Shown in pieces: positions 1-12,804 of a stretch of 64,000 bases of DNA. This stretch comes from Geosiphon pyriformis uo1. Lineage: Eukaryota; Fungi; Glomeromycota. Under the pieces are notes generated by a model that was given only the letters and a program-made list of their open reading frames with translations, made no database searches and was not told the DNA's origin. The stretch is from positions 1,492,373-1,556,372 of the forward strand of contig JAAOMT010000003.1 of the NCBI GenBank assembly GCA_016748015.1, written 5' to 3'. How positions within the stretch are numbered: the first letter of the stretch is position 1; every line of letters starts with the position of its first letter. The position numbers were made by a program, and so were the translations under genes.

Positions 1-2251
1 TTTGCAAACAAGCGCCAAAGCCTCAAAGAAACTTAAAAATAATAAATCAAAAACAGCTTCTTCTCCTACTACAAACGTTTCAACAGCTGAAATGTCAACT
101 ACGATGGAAACAGGTAATCGATCTCAATCACCAATAATCACACCAAAGTCATCATATTTTGTTCATTCCCACTTGGATCCGTCTGTTCTTGCTTCAACCA
201 CCGAATTTTCAAGAAAGGGTAGCAAAGAGCATCAAACTACTGATTATTCTGAATTAGCAGAAACAGCCGTTGGTGTCCGAGAGATTGCGAAAGAATTGGG
301 TGAGTCTTCAAGCCTCATGGAACAGGGTCGCGTACATTATTTTCCTTTGAAATTTACGGATTCTTTAGCATAGGGTTAAATTCTTAATTTTAGAATCCAA
401 ATTTCGATTGACATTCATGACTGCCATCCTAAGGAAACAATTTCTCATCTTAAAGTTCATTTTCAGGTCGAGCTCATATTCAGTTAGTCATAAAAACTGT
501 CATGATCGTGACGAAACCAGGGGACCTTCGCCTAATCAAATTCACCCGAGAGCTTGCCATGTATTTGATTAACACTCCAAGATATGGTAAAGATCATGGC
601 GTTACCGTATTCGTGGATCAACGTTTCAAAGATGAGAAACGTTTCAAATATAAAGAACTCTTACAGAACTGCCCTTTGGTCAAAGAGAATCTAAAATTCT
701 GGACAAGCGAATTATGTGCCTCTCGATCAGAAATTTTTAATCTCATTTTGACAGTGAGTTTAAACCTTTGATTTCTTAGTTTCTTCGAACTTCTGACATA
801 GCAAAAAGTTATATTCTATTATTAAATTTGTTTCAATAGCTGGGCGGTGATGGAACAGTTCTATATACTTCATGGCTTTTTCAAAAAGTTGTACCACCAG
901 TTATGCCGTTTCATCTGGGCTCTTTGGGTTTTCTCACCAATTTTAATTATCAAAATTACCCTGGACACCTCACCAATGCTATGGAAGAAGGTATTCGTGT
1001 CAATCTAAGGATGAGATTCACATGCACAATATATCGACGTGTTGTCGCCTCAGATAATAAGATGAAGGCGAAAAGATGTGGAGAAACTGGCAAAATTATA
1101 ATGGAAAATTTAAAAAATGGGAACGGAAGTTGGGATGCTGTAGAGAGTGACTCGAAAATGGATTCAGAAAAATTGGCCCATCGATGTGAACATGATAAAG
1201 ATTTACCTTGTTTCATCACGCAACCCGTTGGTACACATGAAGTATTAAACGATTTGGTAGTTGATCGTGGTGTTGGTCCGTATATGAGTCTATTGGAATT
1301 GTTTGGTAAGTTTCTTTGCATTCAGTTATTAAGTAAGATGATTAGGGAAATATCTGGTTAATATAATTGTTGGAAACAGGGGATAATGAACATCTAACAA
1401 CTGTTCAAGCGGATGGTTTGGTGATAGCAACTCCAACTGGTTCCACGGCTTATTCAGTATCAGCTGGTGGCTCACTAGTTCATCCCGAGATTTCTGCTCT
1501 TTTAATTACACCAATTTGTCCTCATACCTTATCATTTCGACCGATGTTATTGCCTGATACAATGGAATTACGAATTTGTGTTCCATTCAATAGTCGAAGT
1601 ACAGCGTGGGCAAGTTTTGATGGACGAGGTCGTGTTGAGTTGAAACGTAAGTCTCTATTCAAGTTAATCCTGTATATTTCTTTGAAAACCTATATATATT
1701 TGATATAATATCATTAAACCATTAATAATTCTATTCTCTTTTTCAAATACTTGAAATCACTATTGATTTCTTTATGCATTATAGAAGGAGACCATATAAA
1801 AGTCACTTCATCAAGGTTTCCATTTCCAACTGTGTGCGTTGATTCGCAATCAAAAGATTGGTTTAATTCTTTATCTCGTTGTCTAAAATGGAATGAACGA
1901 GAACGTCAAAAAGGTTTTGTTTTTGTGGAGGATGACTTGACTGACAATGAAAATGAAGAAAAGAATGATATTTCTGGCGATGAAAAGTCCAATCTCTCCA
2001 GCAGTGACGATACATCAACAAAAGTCGGAGATTATAACGAAAAAGAAGATAAAACTAAAGTTTGTTCTGGTGATAATACTCATAATCGTCAGCATATTGC
2101 CAAAATAAATTATCATCACGAACAACGTGCGTTCGCGTGTGTTGGCCGACATGACAGCAGCGAGACTGCCAGTGGGAGCAGTGAAAACAGTAGCGGCAGT
2201 GAAGAAGAATGGCGGGTTGTGGGACGTGGGAGACAACGTAAAAAAGAGTAA
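1..2251 (+). CDS. ATP-NAD kinase (UTR1/YEF1-like), 5'-partial; exons ~<1-299, 467-753, 840-1305, 1380-1646, 1785-2251
   Basis: Spliced translation gives GGDG (GGCGGTGATGGA at ~843), [20 protein letters not shown] and [39 protein letters not shown], all NAD kinase motifs; GT-AG introns join the ORF pieces in frame. Confidence 0.95.
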
Positions 2252-2789
2252 AGCATCAACAGCGAATAGAAATCCTGTAGATATGTAGAAAGTTTTTTAT
2301 ATTTATGGTGCAAAATTAATATGTAGCAGAAAATTTTCTTTTCTCCTAATCGAGTTTCTTTTAACTCTTGTACATTTCTTTTTTCTTTTGTATCAATATT
2401 TAGCATTCTTCACAATCATCATTCTTCATAAAAATCTTTTTGTAATTTATTTTCGTTATAGGCTGGCAGCAAAAGGTCTGAAAACGAAAATTTTGAATTG
2501 ATGCAATTAAAATTACATTCAAGATCATTCCAAAGATAAAGGTAAAATTAAATGAAATCAAAATTTCATTATTAAATAAAATATTTTTTTAAGTTATTAT
2601 TTTATTATATATATAAAAAATCGATTTATTAATAATTAAAAATAAATCATAACATAAAATAGATGCTTTGAAATTTTAAAAAATTAATAATCATATTAAT
2701 AATTTTAAAAATACTATGTATTTAATTTTTGTTTTCGAAAAGTATAATATGATAATATTTTATATTATTCGCATTGTTTTTCTTTATTT

Positions 2790-3657
2790 ACTAGGATTAA
2801 TTTTTACTTCCGCAGCCTTGGGAAGATATTAAATAGCAATTATTGCCTTTCGGGAAGCTGGGCCTGGTGGTTTCTGCAATGTTGAATTACATTCTTTAAA
2901 AGTATGAATAAGAGATTTTTAAAAAGTATAAAATTTTACAAATCTTCAAGCTTCCAAACTAATTTCAATATTTCAAACTGTGTTTCTTCATTTTTCACGG
3001 GATTATAACCCAAAAGCAGTTTTTTAAAAATGCCGTCGCCATCAGGCCGACAACTTGGGAGCATTAAATTTTTAGGACCAATTATTGTTTTATGTTTCGT
3101 TGTCAACCCCTCTCTAGCATAAAACATATATTTGGTATTAAAGCCTCTAATAAAAATATACCAAAAGAATTTTAATCTCAGAGTAAAGATATATTTGAAA
3201 TTTCATTTGCTATGTATAAATGTAAATTAAAATAAGGAGGAATACACTTTAATTTTTCAGGATTTTATTATTAGAACCGATTATTTGAATATTTGTATTA
3301 CTCTTCCTTTTTATGAATTCATATTTCCGCAGTGAATTAATAATAAACTGGCAATTGATGGGGCGCATGTTCGTATTACTGCTGCGTCTTTATTTTTAAT
3401 CTTTTGAACCAAGAATATAAAGTGATTGAGAGTTTTCTATCCAAAGGTATATTTTCATAAATGTCTTTAAATTATTCTCAAACGTCAAATATTACCAAAT
3501 TGTCAAAAGCTTTTGATCTCACTGGTAGACGGCATATTTTTAAAGTTAGTAGACTAAATTATCCGCCTTTAAACCGATATATTGAAGGAAAACCAGACAA
3601 ACCCTTTGCAAAAAATATATCGTTAATGAAAAATACATTGATTTTTTGAAAACTCAT
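2790..3657 (-). pseudogene. Heavily decayed coding remnant, possibly of the lipase-like family
   Basis: Broken signal-peptide-like start (MSFQKINVFF..), FIINSLRKY resembling the family's first helix, FYAREGLTTK resembling VYARGKELTRK of the 20.4 kb copy, and ag|AATGTAAT resembling the family's last-exon start. Many stops; weak similarity. Confidence 0.3.
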
Positions 3658-6499
3658 CTTGAGGATATTAAAATAGCATTAGAATATTTATCGACAATTC
3701 TTGAAAAAGCGATTAATCAGAAAAATGGGGTTAAACATAGCGTAGAAACTCAAATTGATTTCTCGAAATTTGTAAGTGGCTACTTTTCATTTATTTTCCG
3801 ATGGTTATTATTCTCTATTAAAATTAATTTTCTTTTTTTAAAGGACATAGACGGTCTTATTGAACTATCCAAAAGAATATTCCAAGGAAAAAAAAAAGTT
3901 GACCAAGACCTTTTTTTATCTCAAGGTTTAGAAATAAATCAAGTTTTTCTTTTTTATGAACCTAAATTTATCAGTTTGCCCAAATTTTATTAAATACCGC
4001 ACACACATACACACATATCTTATCTTCCCAATAGTATAGTTTTCAAAGTCTGTTACTAACACATATAAAAATAAGATTCAATTTTATGACATTACTTTTT
4101 TAAAATATTTTATTAGTTCAGCTTTCAATATAGTTTTTTGATTAATCTAAAACTACTATAACATTTAAATTTTGTGTTAAAGATCATGAAACTTAAGAAT
4201 GAGAAATATTGAATACAGTAATCCTACCAACGAGAAAATTAGAAATCACGTTGAGTGATTGAAGATAAAAAATTAAATCTTTTGAATAGATTAATTTTTG
4301 TATGTATATTATTCAATATAAACCAGGCTTCCAGGTCTGTGATTTATTTCTTTTTTGTCAAGAAATTGTGTTTTTTTCTGAATTATTTAATTTTATTTTC
4401 ACTAATTGTAATAAAGAACACAAGAATTGGTTTCAAATCAATTATTAATTTTTAAAATAATTGATGAAATAATTTGGAAAATTGTCATGCTAAAAAATAA
4501 ATAAAATGTATTTCTGCTATTATTGTTACATAATTTTATGTCAAATTTTTTAAATTATAAATTACTCTTATCAGGTATTTTTCTATTTAATAAAAAAATA
4601 AATTTGGTGGTTGTTCAATAATAACTATTGGTTCTAAACCTTGTAATAGTTTTTAAGATTAATTAAAAAAAACTGTATACCAATTTGAAATATTAAATTT
4701 CTAATAACAAACTAATTGGTGTTACCAAAAATTGTTCAATTTTTTTTACTTTTCAATCTAATTTTAACAAATACAAAAGAAAAATATAAATTGGTCAATT
4801 TTAATTTGCACGTAAAAAGTCTTAAGAGTGTAATTAATCAAATTTTAATCGATATTTTTAAAGCTTAAGCAATTTTGTTTGTATATTTAAAAAAAGTAAA
4901 GAACAAAGTTAATAATATCAGTATTTAACATAATTAAAAATAAATAAATATTGAAAGTTTTTTATTTTAGATTGAAATATTCAAATGTAACAATAAAACT
5001 ACAAAAAAAAAGAATATTATGCAACTTGAAAATAGAATTAATAAAGATTAAAAATTTTGAAAATTATATATATATATATATATAAAATGGACAATCAGAT
5101 TTGTAGTTAAGTTAATAACTTAGTTATTAATCACATTAGCAATGAAGTTAATAAATAATTCTAAAAATAAAATAGTTAATTAATATAATATAAACATTTA
5201 ATGTATATATATATTAATAAGATAATTATATTATTGCTAAAACTTTATATCACAAAAACAAAAAATATAGTTTCAATTTAATAATAAAATATTTTTATGA
5301 AAGCAAAAAATTGTGAAGTTATTAAAATTAGAATTAATCAAAAAATAGTTGTATATTAATAAAAAATATTGATAAAAAAGTTTATTTAGTTTCCAAATTT
5401 GGTTAAAAAAATGAATAATTTGAAAAAAAACATATGTTTAAAATGATAAATATTGTTAAAACAAATAAGAATAATCAATTAATATTCATTAATTTAAAAA
5501 AATTTTAATTGTAACTGTAAATTAATAAGAATTAATATAAAATAAAAATGTATATTATAGAATAATTTTTTACTTAAAAATATACAATATTTCAATTTTG
5601 GCTTGTAAATTTATTGATTGACCTTATTAACTTTCGCTATGAAAAGTTTTAGACGAAATTTCCCATTAATCATCCGCTATATATATTTAAATTCTCAAGA
5701 GTTCACCCGTTTAAATTATTTTTAATGTTATGTATAAATTGGTTATTTTGGTATAAATAATATTTTCTTGGAAAATATTAAATATTGACATGTTGATCGT
5801 CCGAAATCTTGATTCAATACGATCTTCAAATTCCATATCAACATTTTATGTTTATGTAAAGGATTGAAAATCTAAATTCAATAAATCACAATACTCGAAT
5901 AATCAATAGGTTTTTCCTTTTTTCTCAAGGATTTCACGAAAACTCAAGCTTTCAATAGCCAAATTTCTTATAATTAGCCATTAGAAAAGAATATGCTAGT
6001 TAAAAATTTAATAAATCCTGTTCTATTATTTTCAGGTAAAACATATATATATTTATGATTTTTATACCTTTCAATATAAGCAATTTTGTTTACTTTAAAT
6101 GCCGTGCGTAGAAATAATTAAAAAAAGGAATGTTTTTGGTTTTAAAATTTTCAAGAAAGCTATTATTATAATATAATTAATTCTTATTATTTAGATATAA
6201 TAAAAATCTTTTGAGACTCTAAACAAATCCTGAATAATTTATTTTTTATAAGAAATTTATATAGATGGTAAGCAATATTAAAATAAAATTGATATGCAGA
6301 TACGTCTTAGAAGTTCTAAATCAATATTTATAAATATTTTTTGGGGGCTAACTATTATATTATAATTGTAATCTCAAGTATCTCTTAATAATTATTAAGA
6401 ATAAACCATGGTTTCGTATTGTTAGATTTTCCTCAATATCAAGTAAAAACTCAGGTTCTCTCTCCCAAAATAAAGCATCTCTAATTTTAGTGAGGCGCA

Positions 6500-7954
6500 A
6501 TGATTCTCAATCATTTTTGGGAAAAAAAGAAAGGGTTCTTTGCAAGACAAATTATATTTCTTTTCATCCTTATTCTAGTTACTCTCGAAATTCTTATCAA
6601 TGAAGTCGAAAAATATTACTTAACTAGAGCAAAATTATCTGAAAATAGGTTAACCTGGTTAAATAATCAAGACTTTTCTTATTTGTGGCCAGCAACACTC
6701 CAAAATAATAAGACCTTAAGTAAACGTGAATTAATAGCAGCTGGCCCTTCAAGAGGTTTCGGTGGCAGCTCTAGAAAGAAATCCCCTCCTAAAACACTAG
6801 TTACTGATCCGGAGATTATAAATTTATTAAAAACAATGGCGTTGTGGGCAAATATGCCGTATTGCACTCCTAACCAGAAACTTGCAAAAGATTCCTTGGG
6901 ATTCATTTGTAAGAAATTTCTTTTTGAAGTTTGTAATTATTTGATTCAAGGAAATATTATTTTCAAAGCTTAAACTTTAATAATAAAATTTATTTTGCAA
7001 TGAAAAAGTTGATATTTCACAACAAACAATAGGAAAGAAGGAAGGAATCGTAATATATTTCCGTGGTAGGTTTAGTAAAACTTCTCATTGATTCACTATA
7101 ATTCAAGCTTCAATATTTTTTCTTTAAATTAAGGACCTGAACTTACTAGAAAGCAATGGAAGGCCAGAAAATTTAATTTAAAATCAGATCGTGGAAAAGA
7201 TGCTTGGCCAGTAGATTCCCAATGGTTTGACGTGGCCAAAAATGGAGCCTTGGAAGTATTGTCACAGCGAATTGTAAACCTTACTTCCGAGCTTACTGGT
7301 GATACACTGTTCACATACTTTACAGGCCATGGAATAGGAGGAGGTAATTTATATGCATTTTGTGTAAAAATATAACAAGGCAAATTAATTTTTATGTTTT
7401 TTGGATGATAGTATATGCCATATATTTAGCTATGTTAGCTGCAATGTGGGTAAAAGAAGATTTAATAGATCGAATAATACGAAATGGTAAAAAAATAGAT
7501 GTCACAGTTGTTACATTTGGACAACCAAGAGCGGGAAATTTTGATTTTGCACAGCGTGCAAATGCTTACATGAGGTCGAAATTTCTCAGAATTTATCGTG
7601 TGACTTACTCAAATGATCATGTGCCACAGCGACCATATTTAGAGTCGACTTCAAAGCCTTGGTTGCATACCGATCGAGAATATTGGATTTCATTGAATTG
7701 TGATTGTTCGCAAAAAAAAGAGCCTGAATATGAACTTTTTGAATGTCCAGGATATTCTAATACTGATTCTAAAAAATACGGAGAAAATAAGGTAATTCCC
7801 TCAAGGTATTTTTTTTCGAGAGTTTAACTTTATATTTATTTTCTGACAACTTTAATAGGAATGTAATCTTGGTACTGACGGTGCAAGTAACACAGCTAAT
7901 TATGGTCCATACTTTGGAATCACTTTTGGAAAATGCGATATGCTTTTCCATTAA
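6500..7954 (+). CDS. Secreted Lipase_3-fold protein, predicted catalytically dead (L1); exons 6500-6908, 7009-7065, 7134-7343, 7412-7791, 7859-7954
   Basis: Hydrophobic N-terminus, KR site, ANMPYC helix, IVIYFRG, FTGHGIGG (Gly at nucleophile, 7331-7333), VVTFGQPRAGN, RVTYSNDHVP, NCDC, terminal ANYGPYFGITFGKC (Asn at the catalytic His position). Open frame throughout. Confidence 0.88.
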
Positions 7955-10900
7955 TTTGATTTGTCTTAAAATCAAGTATTATGTAAGTGAGACGATTATC
8001 TAAAGAAGGTTCTAGAGTTATAATAACTTTATATTCTTATGAGAATCCTTTTCAATCTAATAGAATCTGATTTCATTTAAATATGTATCATTTTTACATT
8101 GACCCAAAAATTCAAATTTACAAAATAGAAATCGTATAAAAGCCAGTTGCAACACTATTTTAATTTATTCAATGAAATCAAAATTATTATTATAATGTAT
8201 GACGATTTTGAAAAAATTTTTATTGACATAAAACAGTGGTAATATTTGTTTTATATCGAACCAAGCCTTATGAAATTTTTGATATATTTATATATTAATT
8301 ATTTTAGCATAATAATGAAATACATTTTTAGAATTAAATTAATTTCTAATGCCGCCTCATTTAAAATTTATAATCGTCAAAAAGCTTTATTAACAATATC
8401 TTTATAAAATATTGTTAAAATAATGTTTTTTTTAATGTATTTTAATTCATTCAATAAGTAACATATATTTAAACAATTATTGTTATATTTACAAATTTAT
8501 TTTTATAAAATTTTGATATTTATAATAAAATTCAATATATAAGTTTTTCATTTAAATTAATAATTATTGAAATTTTTTAATTTTACAACAGATTTTAAAT
8601 TTAACTTTTGGAAAATAAATTGCTATTTAATAATACTAATTTTTAATAAAATGTTTAAAAAATTAAAAATAAATAACCTTTTTGTTAAAAATACTGTATT
8701 TTTTTTATTGTCTATTTAAAAATAGTTTTATATTATTAAATAAAATTTATATAATATATTTTTACATTATTCAAATTTCAAAAATAATATATTAATATAG
8801 TATTTTAAATTTGAATTATTATTTATGTTAACATATTCGAATATATTGATATTTTATAAATACAAATTTTTATTAATTGTAATTTCAATATGAATGTTAA
8901 AAATTTGATTTATATTAAAAATAACCACCCGAGTGGTTGGTTACGTGTAGAAAATGCATGATTCATGTCTATAGTAACTTTAATGTGACTAGTATAGTCA
9001 ATGGAAAGACCACATCTGTCAAAACAATAAAAAAATAAAATCACTGCAACTCAAATATATAAAGAAAATCAGTAAAAATTAAATAAAGCTCAAAATTTAA
9101 ATGACCTAAAATTTTAAATCTTTGGACCAAATTGCTTTCGCGTGAAAGAAATATTGAGCCTTGATAAAATTTGATAATTCTAACAAATAATGATACTATA
9201 TATATGCCCATATTTAATTTTCTCATAATTTATGTTTCACAATTGATTGCAATTTTAGAATCTTTTGAACCATTTTTTCTTCGATTTAATAAATCAAAGA
9301 ACCCTGATCCTAATTTCCAAGTACAGTTTCCTTTCTCCACTATCTTCTACTTTATCACTATTTATGGGGGAATTACTTCCCGTTCAAAAATTGCTTTCCG
9401 ACGCCCCGAAGGGGTCGTAAAGACGGGATATTGGTTTAGTTTGCAATTAGCAATAATCTAGCTTCGGATAAATCCTCACTAGCGTAGATAATGCCCGTGC
9501 ACAAAGATAAGGATAATTAATAGATTTATCCAATAATTTATAAGGATCGATGAAAAACCGGTTGGACTTCGTGAATTGTGGGATATTTTGGACAGGATTT
9601 TCATGAAATTATCTTTATTAGGAAGAAGAAAAATGGGACACCAACTGTAAATGGGGAAAACGCCACTAATTTTGTTTCGTATCAGGCCTGATGACTATTA
9701 GAATTTGTTTCCTAGAACAAAATATCCCAAGAATGAACAATGTATTTGAACGTAGATTTTCAATATTTATGTTGCTAAAATGCCATCTATTTATAATTAT
9801 ATCGGCAGATGCTGGGATGCAAAAGATTTCAAACATTAAACGTATTCAAGGTTTACTCTTACTAAATTAAAGCAATTAATGAATTCCCTGAACATGAAAA
9901 CCAAAGAAAGTTTTCAAATAATGGTCTCTAATTTTTAGAAAAATTTGAAGAAATGAGTTGGTTTACGTACAAACTTTAACTTAGTACACTTTCTCCAAAA
10001 AATTCAATTAAAAATACTTTAGTAAATAATATAAATAGGGAAATTTAAAATCAATTTTATCTATAAATAACGAGTATGGGATAGTTTGCAAGATTTTTAA
10101 ATTTACATATTCCATTTTCAAGAAGTCAATTTGCAATCTCCTTTAGGAATCTACTAATAATATTTCGAATTTAACCACTTTTTAAAGATTCCCCAATACT
10201 GAGTGAATTAAGGCTTTTAATTCTAATTGAAAGCCCGCCGCACAGCTTTACCAATTAAAAGAGAGTCTAAATTAATATAAAAATTTGATAATTATAACCA
10301 ATAAAGCTTTCAATTAAAAATTTTCATTTTCTGTTTGAATATTTTAAAACTCGATTGAAAAAGAGGAGGTGGAACATATATTGTATTGAATAAATTTGCA
10401 CCGATTATTTTTGATGACAAAATATAGTTTTCCTTAAACATTTCTTTCATCAGAAAACAAGAGCTTTTATTTTATTATGAAGTCATAGAATGACAGAGGT
10501 ATTTTCTTTGTGTAACTTTTCCACTGACAAACCTTCCCATTTTAGCTTGCTCGCAAGCGCGAGTATCTTTATGATGTAAACTATCCTCTCATGACTATTT
10601 CATGCACATAGAGATTCAAAAGATGGAGTCGTAACATTAAGACTTCCTGATATACATAAAAGGGAACATACCAATTACCGAGCCCGGAAATTTAAGGCTA
10701 AGTATTCATCGCCCTAAAAACTCGTAAACAATTGTTGAATGGTTACGGTAGGCTGCATTGGATATGAGGAGACTAAGGCCCTTTAGGGCGTTGTTTGATG
10801 ATAGCATAAAAGGATTCGGCGAGATGTTCCTGGATCATGTGTTAAATATGACTTTATTTTGAAATTAATTGATTTCATTATTGAAAATTTGCTATCATAA

Positions 10901-12105
10901 AATTTGTTGGTATTCAAGTTTCCAATTTTTAGTAATCTAAATTGAAGAAAAGACGATCACAAGTTTATATATATGGTTATTCCCAAACCTAATGAAATAA
11001 GAGTTTGAAACCTTCATCCGGTGAACCTTAGTAGCGAGACGATATATAACGTAATTTTGGTTCATCTTTAGTGAAGTGAAAGCACTGTTTGATACTTTTT
11101 AAGATTTTAGAACTTACCATAAAAATATTTGTTTATTATGACTCAAGATTGAGGACAATAACTTTTAATGATTTCTTCAGGGATAAGTTTAATAATTAAT
11201 AATAAAGAAATTATCCGTGACTTCCAACCAAAGATCGATTTGATAACACTTTAATATGAGAATCTCTTTTTTTTATGACTTCAAAAGCCGATAAATTTTT
11301 ATTTTACAATTAGGATTTCTTTGAGATTGAAAAATTGAGTAAAGCGAAGATAATGATGGCCTTGATGGTTGAGCTAGCTAAATTTATTTGCATCTCCATT
11401 TAATAATTGAAGAGCCAATATAGAATGACCACTTAAATTTTGACTAGCTTGAGACTTGATAATATTGTCCTCAATTATAAACAATGTAATGACAACATCG
11501 ATTTTTCTATTGGTGCATTCGTTTTATTGTCAAAAAGTCTCGGAGCCCTCAATGTCGTAAGCTTTTGGATCAATTTAAAGATTGTCTTAAAATATTTGCA
11601 GCGAGTTTCATTAGCAATAAGGATAAAATTAATATGAATTATCACAAAGAAATCCTATAGATAGATAAGAAATTGTTTTTGAACCAGGAAGCTTTGAAAA
11701 TCGATTATTCTGTTCTTGTTATTCTTAAAATCATGAATTTTGTCAGGTGCAGAAACAGTGAGTTCAGCAAAGAACACACAAAAACTCCTTCAATAGAAAT
11801 AAAAAATGTAAATGTGAGTTTAAAAGTACATCTTTGTAATCAATTTAACCCTCAGAATCAGAAAGTAAAGAAATTTACATACCCCACGCATCCAGATTCA
11901 TCTTGAATTGAATCTGTTGAATTATTAAAAAAGTCATAGTTCACGAATGAATTTGTACCACCATCTAAATTTGTGATACGAAACGAAATTCCTTATTCCT
12001 CAAATTCCTTTATCAACTACTTCACAAATCTCTGGCAAAAATATTTCGCCTCCTTTAAATTTCACATCATACACAGACCCAGTTGACCCATCTTCAACAT
12101 ACACA

Positions 12106-12804
12106 ATGCAAATTAGCTCATCAAGCAAAGTTCTTCTCATTGTCTCTATCGCTTTGGTCATTTTTTTCTCTCTGATACTCCTCTTTTGCTTTATTTTCTC
12201 GTTTTTCCAAAGACGAAATAACAAGATTATGAATCGTAATCAAGGCCAAAATAATTTTGATAAGTGGAGCAGTCATTTGATACCATTAGCAGTAATTTCT
12301 CGAGCTCATGAAATCGACGAAATGGAAAAATTTTCAATAGCTTCTACCATGCTTAGCGAATCAAGCAGTGAAAAAAAATCAAAAAAGTTGAAATCATTGC
12401 ACATTTTAACAAAAGTGAAACGAATAAAAACTTATCCAAAATATAATACGGTCAGTATAGCTTGTCAGAATGTGAAAATTATTGATGCCGGAAGGATGCA
12501 AGGAGAAAGACACAAACCTTTACAAGTTTTAGAAATGAAGCAATCAGAGGAAGTTAATCAAAATGAGAAGGATATCCAAATATTTTCGATCTCTCAAAAT
12601 ACATGTGTGAGTCGGACGGTCAATATTCTTGAACCAGCTGTTGTGCGACAAAATTTTATTTTAGCCGAGAGGGACAGTTGTAAAACTGTTGATCTATCGG
12701 CGACGATGAAAAGAGATGAAAAAGAATATTTAAATGAGTTTTGTGATGAAGAAGTTCCATCTATCACTATAGTTGATATCATCAAAATGGTGGAAACCGA
12801 ATGA
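12106..12804 (+). CDS. Hypothetical single-pass membrane protein (232 aa)
   Basis: Long ORF in AT-rich DNA with one strong TM segment (VLLIVSIALVIFFSLILLFCFIFSFF) followed by basic QRRNNK. The frame stays open upstream to 11977 with S/T/P-rich sequence. Confidence 0.6.
   Translation: MQISSSSKVLLIVSIALVIFFSLILLFCFIFSFFQRRNNKIMNRNQGQNNFDKWSSHLIPLAVISRAHEIDEMEKFSIASTMLSESSSEKKSKKLKSLHILTKVKRIKTYPKYNTVSIACQNVKIIDAGRMQGERHKPLQVLEMKQSEEVNQNEKDIQIFSISQNTCVSRTVNILEPAVVRQNFILAERDSCKTVDLSATMKRDEKEYLNEFCDEEVPSITIVDIIKMVETE

Noticed and set aside
956-1321. Antisense ORFs over the NAD kinase (and similar ones over lipase, kinase and Sel1 exons)
   Set aside because: Shadows of real coding exons with no motifs.
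1-2251. Functional link between the NAD kinase and the lipase array
   Set aside because: Ordinary housekeeping gene at the array edge; no evidence beyond adjacency.
3646-4455. Short F/L/I/K-rich ORFs (also 13166-15553, 38113-38634, 50932-52057)
   Set aside because: Composition expected by chance in AT-rich DNA; many begin at TTG/GTG, which is not a normal eukaryotic start.
5065-5083. (TA)n microsatellite, and the short (ctaaatt)3 repeat near 22003
   Set aside because: Trivial low-complexity sequence.
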